A stretch of DNA of 64,000 nucleotides from the human T2T-CHM13v2.0 reference genome, Homo sapiens. The stretch is taken from the NCBI RefSeq assembly GCF_009914755.1, contig NC_060930.1; one strand, 5' to 3'. Both the position numbers and the translations under genes were made by a program. The notes beneath the pieces were generated by a model that had not been told where the DNA came from, did no database searches, and was given only the letters and a program-made list of their open reading frames with translations. This document shows, one piece after another, positions 29,441-43,600 of the stretch (position 1 is its first letter; every line of letters starts with the position of its first letter).

Positions 29441-30404
29441 TACTCTTAGCTGATAAGGGTCAATTCCCTAAAAGGTTTAAACACCAGAACGAGCCAAGAG
29501 ACTTGAATCCGCAAAGTTTAAGTCAACGCACCCTATTATAGATGGCTGAGTACATCCTTTCCTTGCCTAAATCCACCTTGTAAGTACCCAAAGTGGAGAC
29601 TGAGGAAGAGGAGCAAGTGAGGGGATTGCTTGGAACCTGTCCTGGAAGCTGTCCAATAAGTAGTGGCAGGTGACAAGAGAGGAACCGAAAGGCAGCATAG
29701 TTTGCATGCCTAGGGCTCTTGTTGTTCTGACTCCATGCAGTGACTGTCCATCCTTTGGGTGAGTGGGACCCTCTCATTACGTGAACCCAGGGCTTGTTCT
29801 GGTGGGGCACTCACCAGAGGCTATGGAGCCCGGCTATGCCAAGCAAGGTACCATTTGTGGATGGCTGCAAGTCTCTTGCCTGCACCAGGACACTTCTAAG
29901 TCTCCCAATGGGTCTATGAAAATGTAAGAGGTAGCAGAAAGGAGCTCTCCCACATGTCCCCAGGATGGGGAGGAGGGTGGACCAGGCATACTAAAGACTT
30001 TTGAGTAAGTAGTTATGAATACAGATCTCTGTTACATGCCAGAAAATTGGGCTTCTGTGCATGGTAATAAATACTTTTTATGCAAAGGAAGGATCTGACA
30101 GTCCTTTTATAGCTGCCACATTTCAGTTTACAACATCAATGGCTGCCTTGGCTCAGGGCATTTCCTAAAAGCTGACAGCTTCAACCTTCTCTGGCCCATC
30201 AATTCCTCTTCTCTGATCATTAATCTGTACAAACGTCTGTGGCTGTCATCAGCCCTGATTAGATATAGGCTCTAATTGTGCATGTGTAATTGATGAAATG
30301 CATAGCCTGTCTTACAGCTTATCCAATCTCACAAGAGGACAGGAATTTTACTTTAAATTTGTTTAAATATTCATTTATCTATAAGATACAGGTAAGAAGA
30401 GGCA

Positions 30405-30640
30405 GTATAAAGTTATGTTACTAGCAAACTCTAGAGCTAGACTACCTAGTTTAAATGCTGGTCCCAGCTGTGCAACCTTGAACAATGTACTTACCCATTG
30501 ATGCCTCAGTTTCCTTACTATAAAATAGAAATAATGACAGTATCTACCTCATAGGGGTATCCTGGCTGTTAAGTAAATTAGTATATTTATATCACTTTAA
30601 AAGGTTGCTGAGCACAGTAAGTGTGTGTGAGCTATTATTA
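30405..30640 (+). mobile_element. MIR
   Basis: gcctcagtttccttactataaaatagaaataatgacagtatctacctcatagggg. Confidence 0.7.
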
Positions 30641-31199
30641 ATCCCAGATTGGAAGATAAACATTTTGTTTATATGCCTGTATTTGGCTTATTAGCTGTAC
30701 ATCCAAATATCCCTATATCCGGAACCAAGTATATTATATCTATGTCTACATCTATCTATATATTTATATCTATACTCGTACCTGTATATAATCTTCAAAG
30801 ATTGTAAAGACCAATTATAGGAATGTCAGCAAAATGTCTCTTATGAAATCAACTCTAATTAAACTAACTTGATTTTATTGATGTTATTATCTACTGAAAA
30901 TGTAGAGCCCAAATTAGCCACAAAATTTCTTCTTTGTCTGTAAAGGTTTAATCATGTCCTTTACAAAACAACATGATAAATTAAATAATTCTAAGGAGGA
31001 AATCAACTGGGTAATTGCCTTCAATCCTTCCCTTTGGGGATCCTGCACCATTAGCTGGAGCTCAGAGAGACAGTGAGCAAAGGATAAAGATGCCAGTGAC
31101 TACTGAAAACATCAGAAGCTCACACACAGAGTAGGTAAGCCCCTCCTATCTGGTTCCTTTCTCCTCTTCTCCCAACACACCTCTACTGTCTTTTAGACA

Positions 31200-32200
<1,001 letters not shown>

Positions 32201-32598
32201 GTCATTTTTGTGTTTTGCTCACATATTCACTATTGAGTGCCAACTGTGTGACATGCAGATGCCTACACTTTGGAAAGGGCTCACTTGGTGATGAAATGAA
32301 CCAGACAATGTTGAGAGAACAGTCCTCCCTCCCACACACTACCGTTTGATGAATTTGTTCTTTTCTTCAAAGCTATCCTTCAACCAAAGCAACAAATGCA
32401 CACTAAACATATGTATTAAGATCCTCCATAATGTAATGAAACAGGGATGCCAAAATAAAAATTATACAAATTTCTTCTCGGAAGTCTTTCTTGACTACTC
32501 CCCTACCAAATACCCTTCTTCTATTGAGCTTTAATCTCCAATTCCTCTTACTATTTAAAATATTATGAATATATTTCAGAGTAATGTGTCATCAGAGA

Positions 32599-32684
32599 GT
32601 GTGTGTGTGTGTGTGTATGTATGTGTGTGTGTGTGTGTATGTGTGTATGTGTGTGTATGTGTGTATGTGTGTGTGTGTGTGTGT

Positions 32685-32722
<38 letters not shown>
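32599..32722. repeat. (TG)n microsatellite with TA interruptions, 124 bp
   Basis: Directly visible. Confidence 0.97.
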
Positions 32723-32724
<2 letters not shown>

Positions 32725-34636
32725 GTATAGGGGGGTGGTCAAGGAAGAAATGGCCTGTAAGAGATGGATAGAATTTGTGTGTGTGGAAATAAGTGGCAAT
32801 GGAAGACTTCAGAATTCTCCAGGCAGGAGAGCAGCATTATCAAAGGATTTAAATATTTACATTAATATGATGTTGTTTCTAAAAAAAAAAAAAAAGGTAT
32901 TTCAAGGGATTAAGAAGAGGATAAAAATAATAGTTGGCCCTAAGCCATATTTTGCTGGGAATGGCCTTGTTTGTTGCACAATAACATCTGTTATTAAATA
33001 CCCACAGAATCACAGGAAACATAAACCAAATGAGATTTGAGATTTTGGTATTAGTCAGCACTCACACATTTTTTACAACATTTATTTAATAGCAAGATGC
33101 TTCACTGAATACATTCCATTTGAGTTCTAAATGATGGGTCATGAGCCTGCTGATGCAGATAGGCAAACTGCTCACCAGCTTGGAGCCTCTTTAAAAAATT
33201 ACCCCTTTGCAGAATGCTACCCGGTGTTGTAGCTGAAAGAAGTAGAAAATGTACTTCTAAAAACAAGCAGTGTTCTACCTTCTCAACATTGAGGTGGAGG
33301 CTCTGTTTTAAAATCGAGCTGTCAATAATTGATGAGGACATTTTTAGTAAGTTTAATGTTAAATTAAAGGGCTAAATCCTAAATATGTTCCATATCATGT
33401 CCTTTGAAGACAGGCGATTTAAAATTTAATCCATTCATTTTGCCATTTGGCAAGTGATCAAAGTAAGCTTTTCAAAAGCAGCAGGGTATCCTTTAACTTA
33501 TTTTTCCCATGAAATTAAAATGGCATTTGCATTCTTTTAAGATGCAGATATAAGGAACTTCTTATGATTCAATCATTAAATTTAGAAAGTGTGCAGCTTG
33601 TTATACTCCTAATCTCTTTTCCTCCTCTCCATCTCACCTTTTCTATTTGTTTTCCTCTGTTCTTTATGTAATGACATAGAAAAGAATGTATCTTAATGAT
33701 GAAACCTTACATAAAATTAAATCTCTCATGTTCAAATCCCTTAAGATTTGAAACAAAAAGGATTGTTTCAACCCATCACAGATTCAGGACACAAGAGACC
33801 TGAAGGAAAGCATTTCCAAATTGAAACATGACAGTCTACATCTATCATGGCTGAAGTGGATTTACTAGAAACAAAACCGACTCTTCGGCTATGGCTAACA
33901 CTGCCCAAAATTTGGGAATGCAACTTTGCACAGTGGTTACATTTTCATGTGGGAATTTATTAGATATGACTTAGGTTAAAATGCTTTCTATATGCCAAGT
34001 CCACACTAGGCCCCGCACATATGCTAATTTATCTCATTCTCACAATACACTTATGAGGCAGATGAAGAAACGAGTTAAAAGAGATTAAACGATCTGCCTA
34101 AGGTGGTCAGCTCGTCAGTGACAGAATGCAGATTTCATCCCAGAGGACTATCTATGGCAGAGGGAAGCTGGGTCGATATGGCTTCACCCCTTTCAGTGCA
34201 TCTCACCCAGTGGGATGGACACGTCTTTTGTCTTCATCTAGTTTTTCTCATGCATATCTCATAGACCAGCAGCAGTATGAAGAATTCTTGTGCAATCCTG
34301 GAGAAATGATTGGAAATGAAAGAGGAGCTGGTTCTGTCAAAAGGAAGAGAGCTTCACATAAGCAGCTCAGATTAGAAGCACCTGAAAATTGGATCGTATT
34401 GATGAAACTTGGTTTCCTCCGTGTGTGTGGGTATGGGTGTGTGTATATGTGTGTGTGTTACAAACAAAACTTCAGGATTGTTGAATATAGGCATCGTTCA
34501 GTGCCAAAACCATTGTCAGCTAAGCAAGAAAATTTGACTGAGAATTCCCTTTTCTCCATGTGGTAGAAATGAAAGTTTAGGGACAGCTAGGGAAGCTGGG
34601 TAAAGCCAGTAATTTATAGATAGTGTCCACTATAAT

Positions 34637-34738
34637 TAGGATGACTACACAATGCGTTGTCCAAGCTAGGAGAGGGGTGCTATTAATTATGCTGTGACTT
34701 CAGGACTGTCTTGGGCACACTGGTTATGTAGTCACCAA
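34637..34738. mobile_element. MER81-like hAT MITE
   Basis: taggatgactac...ttgtccaa...gaggggtgctattaattatgc...gtagtcacc. Confidence 0.6.
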
Positions 34739-36547
34739 TTGGTTGGTCCTCTGAGTTAGTAATTCTGAAACCATGGTCCTCAGCTCACTGGAGAGACGTG
34801 ACAGTCCTCTTGATGAGTGGAACCTGTCAAAATATGCAGGCCTTCTCTGCAGTTCTCAGCAGCAAATTATGCTCATTCCATAAATGTGCTTTCTACCAAG
34901 GGCTGCTTATTTGTGATCTAATAAAAGTTACGGAATAAATTTTTATTCCATAAAATTTCATAAACGAGTTTACAAAATGATTCTAGTTATTCAGCTTAAA
35001 AATATGGCTATTGCTGCACAACTCTTGGTACTCCTGTAGCACATGAGCATATGGAGAGTTGGAATTCTTGCAGCTAGTAGAAATAATAATCATCACTAAC
35101 ACCAGTTCTTCCTAAATGCAGACACTGTTCTAAGTGCTTTACATCCTTATAGTCCAACTTATGGATAACAGATCAGCGGTGGCAGCATCTCCTAGAAGCT
35201 TCCTAAATATGCATTATCTCAGGTCACAAGTCTCTAGACCTACTAATTTAGAATCTTTATCTCAGCAAGACCCCCCAGATAATCAGTAGCCCATTGAAGT
35301 TTAAGAGGTACCAGTTTAGAAGACATGGGTTGGACCATTTAAGACCTAAGCACTTCCTGACTCTGAATAAACTGATTTATACAATTGTGCTACTGAGAAT
35401 TACCAGTACTGTTCTTGGGTGTTAATAGTTTTCAGCTCTTTGCATTAATTAATGCATTAACGCTTGTAGACTGGTTTGTTCTTACAATCACGACATTGTT
35501 TTTCCTTTGATTATTATCGTGTTATCTGCACGTTCTTTATTTTGACTGAGTTTTCTCCCCACTACAAAGAGGGAACACATTGGGTAGGTGGGACACTGTT
35601 GGAAGTTCTCATGAACAAGTGAAGAAGAGAATGTGCAGAGACATTCAAATAGTACAAGCTTTGACCTGAGCTGATTGGTAATGTGACCCCCAATCTGCCT
35701 AGGAGTATCCCCGGAAGAATTTATTTCTGCTGTTTTGTGTTGCCTAATCCTGGTACATTTAAGATGAAGCAGTACATCCATGAGAATGAGACCATCCTCA
35801 GGCTTTGCGTCATGGATATAAGCAGCAGATTCCCTGATCTCACTCAATTGTAACTACTTTTCCCACAGGGTCCCAGTGATCAAGCTTTGTCTCCAGCATC
35901 ATTTTACCCTTTATTCTTGGAAGGGACACTGGAGGCGACTGATTCCAACCCCTCGACTTGAAAGTTGAAAGATGCAAAGCACAGAGCAGGGGATGACATG
36001 CTCAAGGCCCCATCACCAGTCGGAGGCAGACCTGCATAGAACTTGGGACATAAATGTAGGCACACACAAAACCCAGAGACATTCCACCGACATTAAAATC
36101 AAGAATCCTCCCTGATATAGTTTGACCTTGTAAATGATGCAAAGGGTTTGAACAATTCAAAACAAACAAACAAACAAAAAAACAGGTCTAGGATAAGTTT
36201 TTTCAAAATCATCAAATATAAATTTCAACCCAATTTTTTAATTTCATAAAACCAAGGTTAAAAGAGGTTGAGTGATTAGTTAAAAGTTATGGGCAAGTGA
36301 TGGTAACGTCGAGCCTCTAATTCATATATTTGCCAAGCTCTAGCTTTGAATGATATTGTAACTCGAAAGGAATAATGTTGTTCTTTTTAGAAAATAACAT
36401 GGTCATGGTAGACCACTTGGAAAAATATACATAAACATAAGGACAAAGTGACCCATACATTAAAGATAATCACTGTTAATATTTTTATTAAATGAAAAGC
36501 ATTACATGTAACTTTACTTAAGTTTATCAGAAAAAAAGAATTAAAGA

Positions 36548-36840
36548 GGGTGGGTATGGTGGTTCACGCCTATAATCCCAGCACTCTGGGAGGCCAAGGT
36601 GAGAAGATCACTTGAGCCCAGGAGTTTGAGACCAGCCTAAGCAACATAGGAAGACCCCATCTCTGCAAAACAAACAAACGAAAACGAGGTGGGCATAGTG
36701 GCATGCACTGGTGGTCCCAACTACTTGGGAGCCTGAGGTGGGAGGATCATTTGAGCCTGGGAAGTTGAGGCTGAAATGAACCATGATCATGCCAGCCTGG
36801 GGAACAGAGTGAGACCTTGTGTAAAATAAAATAAAATAAG
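36548..36840 (+). mobile_element. AluJ
   Basis: Diverged dimer with a small deletion in the right arm. Confidence 0.88.
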
Positions 36841-37699
36841 AAATGTAAGAAATATGAGAAATTGCTGACTTTCAGAAAAAGATTTCTTTAAAACAAGAAA
36901 TATTCATTTCCTGAAGGAGTCTTCTATACTTTAAATACAAATCTCAAGAAAAATAAATTTATGTTTCTAGATGTAAAATCTGTCATCTGTCTTAAGAAAA
37001 TCAGAAGATGTTATAATACCGATATCTAAATAAAATTTTAAGACTTCTATTTTCTAATTTAAAAACAACCTGAGCCTACTTAAGAATAAAATCATGGAAA
37101 AAGGCAAATTTATAAAATATTATATAAAAGTAACAAAAGCAGTGGTAGAAAAAAAAATAGCCACATAGAGAAGTAACTGTAATGGTCATATATGCAATAA
37201 ACAAAAAATAAATTTACAAGAACAGTTAGTGACTCTCTTAATTCCAACTCTAAGTTTCTTGACCTGTGGGAGTTTGGATTTGCTGTTTCAGAAAACACCA
37301 TTTTATTCACTTCATTAACGGCACAAATTTTTACTCGCTTCATTAAACAATCATGTCTGTCTCATTTTTTTCCTCCTAAAATTCCTAAATGCATTTCTAC
37401 TGGTGTTGAAGAGAGCAGACATAAGCCATTATCTCATTGGTAACTCCACAAAATTGAACTTCCAGGTTCCTAATTCTATCATTTGTGTTATTATAGCAAA
37501 TGTGTTCTTTAATAAAGTCACTCATCATAGAACCCTCTGAGTTGGTGTCTCACTTTCAATGGATCGGGTTTTTCACCTGCTGTATAATGGTCATAACTGG
37601 ATTTCTCTTCATCTAAATCTGGGGTTATTTCAGCTGTTTCATGTATCTCATATCTTCCTCTTTCTTGGAGTAACATTTTACGTTGTGTGAGAAAACATC

Positions 37700-38750
37700 T
37701 TTGAGTAGGCCCTCTCCTCCCATGATAGTGACAGGTGATAAACATTTCAAGTCATTGACTGGCCAAATACGTGTGTATCACACTAGACTGATAGTTTGAC
37801 TTAGAACATAATCCAGGTTAAGAATCACTTCAATTTTCCCCAGAATATGACTCCATTGTTTTTTAGCCAACTGTGTTATAGAAGACAAGTGAGATCCTGG
37901 CCTTGTTTTGTCTTTGGAAGCTTTACAGAATTTCCCTAATTTTGGATTTCAGAACTTTTAGTAAAATGTGACTAGATGTGTGATTTTTTTCCCCATTATT
38001 TCTGGAAGGCAGGGGTCAGCAAACTAAGCCCAGTCTGGCCTGATGCTTATTTATGTTTAATAAGGTTTTGTAGGAAAACAGTCACGTATTGTGTTTTTGT
38101 TACATATTGAAGCTTTTGTGCTGCAATACAGTCAAGAAATATTACCTGCAAAACTTAAACTACTTACTATCTGGTTCTTCACAGAAAAAAATTTGCTGAC
38201 TATTCCTATAGAGCATTCAGTGGGCTCTTATTGTGTCTTTGTTCATAGTTTCTTCACACTCATATTTAGATAATTTCTTCCTCTCCATTGCTTCTACTAC
38301 CTTCCTTCAGCATTCCTAGTTGGATATAGAATTTCTTGCATCTATTATCTGTTTTTCTTTTCTTCCATATTTTCCATCTCTTTGTCTTTTGACTCTGTAT
38401 TCTCAGAATTCCTTTCACATTATTTTTCAGATCATTAACTTATTCTTCAGTTAGGTCCATTCAACTCTTCTGCTAAATTTTCCAATAAATTTTGCCAGCA
38501 CAGGGACGCTTATTTTGTTATATCTCTCTTTTTCACAGCAGCTGTGTTCTTGTGTTACAGCTGTCATAGCCTGTTAAATCTTTCTGCGAATATTAAATAG
38601 ATCTCTTTTTTAAAAAAGATCTTGTCTACTTTCTGCATAGCTCTGAATACTCTAGGTCACCTGTGCTCTTGGTTTATCTCATTAGTTATGTATCTTGCTG
38701 TTGGTTCTTCTCAAGTGCGTGGAGATCCTTGGTCATGCATTCACAACATT
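37700..38750 (-). mobile_element. Ancient L1M/HAL1-like fragment
   Basis: T-rich degenerate sequence resembling the reverse ORF1 region. Boundaries uncertain. Confidence 0.4.
38010..38207. mobile_element. MER58A
   Basis: caggggtcagcaaact ... tactatctggttcttcacagaaaaaaatttgctgac. Confidence 0.8.
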
Positions 38751-38829
38751 AGAATGAAGCTAGTAAGTAAAGACGGCTGGAGGAGTGCCAGCTGCAGCTG
38801 TGCAGATACAGGCCTTTCTTGGATGGTAG

Positions 38830-39245
38830 GCTGAGGCCTGTGAGTGGAGGTTTTGTGTACAGGAGCTTCATTTAGGAGTGCTGTCAGGATCAACACCTGT
38901 GGAGACCTGAGGGACCCAGGATTGGGAAGAGGGAGGACTTGAACTCAATGCAGTCCCAACAAAGGTCTCTGCAGATTCAAGGTGGCAATGAGGGGAGGGG
39001 TACCCTTCACAGGCACCCCCAGTTCAGGATCTTATGTTCCCCTCTCCTCTCATGGAGCAGTCACAGGTCGAGAGCTATCCCTGGGGAGGGAGCATGGCCC
39101 TGGGAGGTGATGCCAGCTCTCCAAGGCTAAGGGCTATTCTCATGCAGGGACTCAGCTGAGAACATTCAGCTGTCCATAATTTAGAGGTAGCGAATGATTG
39201 CTGCGGGCCTGCTTGAGGATCTGGGCTGCTCATCACAGCTTCACT
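38830..39245. mobile_element. ERVL LTR (LTR33-like)
   Basis: ggatcaacacctgtgga...caggattgggaagagggagg...atgcagtcccaacaaagg. Confidence 0.5.
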
Positions 39246-39664
39246 ACACCCTGGATGGGAAGACTGGGGGCTTGGGCTTGTGGGTGGGAAGTGCTGACAG
39301 GCTTCAGGACACAGAAGCCAGGAGGAGTCAAGTGAGTATAGGGCCCCAGGACTAAGCCCACCAGAGTGGCTTTACTCTGGGGCAGGTAGAGCCTGCTGCA
39401 GGCAGAGGAGAGAAGTGCTGACTCTGAGGGCTGCAGGAGTGCCGGGACCTTGCTGAGGGGCAATGGGCCTCCGCACCATCTGGATGATTCTTTTAGGCCA
39501 TTCGATGCTCCCACTTTGTGCCATGCTCACAGACCACCCTCTCATTGCTGATTCCTGTGGAGGGTTCCCCTCGGCTCTTCGAGGTTGCAGCTGGCATCGT
39601 GGAGAAGGTGGGCCCCAGAGTCAGACTGAGCTTCTCGTCAACCAGTGATGTGTATTTACTCGTT

Positions 39665-40232
39665 GTGTGTGATTGGCTGTCTTCTCAGATGGTTCCTAGT
39701 GATCCTCACATCCTGCTATTCATGCCCTTATGCAAGCCCCTCCCTTTGAATATGGGCTGGATGTAGGGATTTGCTTTAAATAATACAATCTGTCAAAAGT
39801 GGTGGGCTGTCACTTCTGAGAGGAATGCACACAAAAAAACTGTGACTCCTCGTTTTATTCTCTCTGGCTCCTCTCAATGGCCTCTTCTGATGAAGCAAGC
39901 TGCTGTGGTGTGAGTTGCCCTCTGGAGAACCCCACATGGCAAGGAACAGGGGGTGACCACCAGCCAACAACCAGAGAGGAACCGAGGCCCTCATCCAACA
40001 GCCTGTGAGGAGCTGAATCCTACTAACAGCCACTGAGTGAGCTTACAAGTGCTTCCTTCCCCAGTCAAACCTTGAGATAAGACTGTAGCCACAGCCAGTT
40101 CTGTGATACATCCTTGTGAGAGTCCCTGAGCTAAAGACCCAATTAAGTCATGCCTGGATTCCTGATTCATACATACTGTGAGAGAATACACGTGTTGTTT
40201 TAATCCACTGAGTTTTGGGGCAATTTGCTACC
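39665..40232 (+). mobile_element. MaLR LTR (MLT1E/F-like)
   Basis: agatggttcctagtgatcctcac...cccacatggcaaggaac...gttttggggcaatttgcta. Confidence 0.78.
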
Positions 40233-40239
40233 TATTTGA

Positions 40240-40688
40240 CAGAGATTTCCAGAGAATCAGAACCAACAGGATGTGTATCTGTCTGCCTGCCTGCCTATCT
40301 CTCTATCTGTCTGTCCATCCATCTATTTAATGAGAGAAAGACATTTATTCTAAGGAAGAGGCTCATGGGTTTATGGAGGCTTGACAAGGCTGAAATCTGC
40401 AAGGTAGGCCAACAGGCTGGAGAGGTAAGATGAGTTGCAGCTCCAGTCTAACGACAGTATAATGACAGACTTCTTAGTCACAGAGGTCAGTCTTTGTTCT
40501 ATTAAGGCCTTCAACTGATTGGATGAAGCCCACACACGCTATGAAGGTTAAACTGCTTTACTCAGAGCCCACCAATTTAAATGTTAATCTCATCCAAAAA
40601 GCACCTTCACGGAAACATCCAAAACAATGTTTGATCAAACATCTGAGCACCGTGGCACTGCCAAGTTGACACATAATTAACCATCTCA
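40240..40688 (-). mobile_element. MLT2-type ERVL LTR
   Basis: tccagagaatcagaaccaacagga ... gccaagttgacacataattaaccatctca. Confidence 0.8.
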
Positions 40689-43600
40689 GCTACCCAACCA
40701 CAGACAACAAATCCACTGGTGAACTAAGGCCAGTACCTAATCCCACCACATTTCCATCCCTGCAGCTGTATAACAAAAATTTGAAGATTATCATAAAAAT
40801 TAGATAACAGGATACTTGCAAAGCACTTGGCACATGGTGCTCAGTAAATGTTGGTTTCTTTCTCTTTTTTCTTGCTTCCTTTCCCTTACTCGTGGTAGTG
40901 GTAGTAGGGATAACCTGGATAATGTTCACGATTATTCTGGGAAGTAGAAAGAAATACATCTCATGCTGAATTAACACATAATACTGTATTTTGTACACCA
41001 GTCTCTTTTAGGTTTAACTGTTTCCCTATCTCTGAAAAACTAGCCAGTGTCATGTGCACCACTATAATGAGCAGCCAAGTAGGTGACGAGACTCTGTGCT
41101 GTAGTAATTGGGCCAAGGTAAAGCCAGCCTTTAACACTCTTCAGATTTCAGATATAAGCTTTATATCACAAAACAATAACAGATATTATCACTTTTTAAT
41201 TGTGAAGAAGTTAAGAACCTTGCCAAAAGCCACTCAGCTAGTGACAGTATAGCTGGGATTTTAACACCAATGTTTGTCTCTGAAGCTTGTGCCCTTTTCT
41301 ATCAAATGCTTGCACAGTTCTGTCCATTGTTATACAAAATAGCCAATATTGCTAAAAAGATGAACATGGCAAAATATTATTATCTTAATGATCACCTAAA
41401 GCTTCAAAATGGAGTTAAATATGGGTTACACCCTTTACAAGGGCGTTCTACTTCTACCTGCCCCTCACCTTCAGCCGAGTGAAACCGATCACATCCTCCT
41501 TAGACTCTCTACTGAACCTTGTACATTCTGTCATCATAGAACCTGTAACAAGTTATTGTGCTTCTTTAAAGAGTCTACCCCTTGTGAAACTATTGCTGGC
41601 CTCTTGAAATAAGGGACAATGACTTAATCCTGTTAGGTGTTAGGTTTATAGAGGTTTATTTCATTATGCTTCACAACTCACATATATATAGATGCATAAC
41701 TACTTTTATGTATATTAAATGTCACACAATACATAAAACAAAACAATTGGAAAAAGATACATCAAAATGTTAAAATGCTTTTCTGTTATAAAACTGTGTT
41801 AACATTCTTTGTCTTTTTGGTCATACTCTTTAATTTTTCTGTAAACATGTAATGTTTAATTGGAAAAAACAAATGTTAAAAATAGGACTTTTTTGAATTA
41901 AGATAATAATTTTCAGTCTGTATCACTCCTAGAAGAAACTGATTTCGTAAGTTCATTTTATATTCAACAGATACTTTGTTGTAAAAGTATAGACTCTTTC
42001 CTTTTTCATTTGGTCCTCAGTTTGTCTTTTGCAAGTTTTAAATGGAGGTTCCAAGATGTTATGAATAAGTTCCATGTTCACCGTATCTAAGCCCCTCTAA
42101 GCGTCTTTCATTGTAGCTGTTTTGCTTAGAGTTTAAAGGTGTCTGATCTTTACAAATATTCTTCAATATTTTACCTGTCCTGCCTTATATAAGCCTTCAT
42201 GGACCTTAGCTATGTCTGTGTTTGTTTTTGTTTTAAGGAATGGTACCCAAAGCTGTGGTATTTTGAATTTCAGGAGTTGGGGTTCCAACATCTTGGAAGT
42301 GGGCAGCTCACGCTCACACTATTTTCTCTAGTGCCCTTCCTGATGGACCAACATGGTTCTTTTTGGCCAGCAGGGAAATTGGGTTAACAGACTTTCTGAC
42401 ATTTAGTCTTGCTTCCACTAAAGATGAGGGCACAGAATTCACAATTTCTCTGCTCTCTCTGTTTCATCCATGAAAACATGTTTTGTATACTACTAATTAT
42501 GATAACATTAACATTATGGTGTTTGCGTAGCACTTCAGGGTTTAAAAGTTGCTTTCACATATGTTGTCTACCTTTGATATTGATTATATCATTGATGTTC
42601 ATAACCCTCTGAGGTACACAGAGGAAACATTACTATTACCACTTTTCAGATGAAGAAAATATGACTTAAGGAGCTTAAGTGATTTTCCTTTGCTGAAGTT
42701 AATCTCTTCATTCTAGTTGGAATAACTAAAAGTTATGACCATAGCTCCTTTATCACATGAGAAAAAAATCTTGTGCAGCATTGTAAAAATGCATAAATAA
42801 TAAACATGAACAGATAAAAATAGAATTATAAATATCTCAGGACCATTAGGTATTTTCTCTTTATATAATGCAGAAGAGATTAATCAACATTGATTTGGCT
42901 GAATGGCTGTGTCCATCTATGGCATGGGCATTTTCTCTAAATGAAAATGTAGCTGTTGAGCTAATCATGATCATTTCCTTTTTAGAGAGCTGTAAGAGTG
43001 TGGCAGATTTTTTTTTTTTTAAATCATGAGTTGTGTGTTTCTTTTGTGAAGAAGCCTAATCCTTGCATTTTGTTCTTAGGGCAAAGTTGGCCTGTAGTCG
43101 GCTCTATGTAAGGCTGGGTACATAAGATGCTGAGAAAGATGATAAGGAGTCAGCTGAATGGAGCACAGCATGGAGGTTTACTATGGATCACACAGCAAGC
43201 AAAATTTGGACTCTGATTATTTTATCTTTTACTTTCCAGCAGCATTTTGGCTGCCTTCCTGTTTGTGGTTCACATATTAACACAAAGCTTACTTAAGACA
43301 AGAAGGTATTCAACCTGCAAACCTTTGATAAGGGGAAAGTGTTTGCTCGAGAACTTCTGTTTTTGGAATGCTGTTTGCATTTGCAGAGGAATATATTAAT
43401 TGATGGTTTCTTTCACTGAATCCCATTACTCTATTCAGGTAGCTATATATAGGTCATCTACTGCCTCAACTGTGGAAGCAGAAAACAAAAGGTCAGATTC
43501 TTGGCCTTGGGTTCAAAAGCTAAGGTACAGCTGCTAGCACAAAATATTTGGAGGTATATTTGCAGAAACAGTTGTTCCATCAAAGAGAAGATAAAAATTC

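Noticed and set aside
32565-32771. Cys/Val-repeat ORF
   Set aside because: It is a translation of the (TG)n microsatellite.
34126-34566. 146-aa ORF, and 119 aa at 35488 and 133 aa at 48583
   Set aside because: I recognise no homology. The 48583 ORF spans MER20 and MIR remnants. Lengths are compatible with chance.
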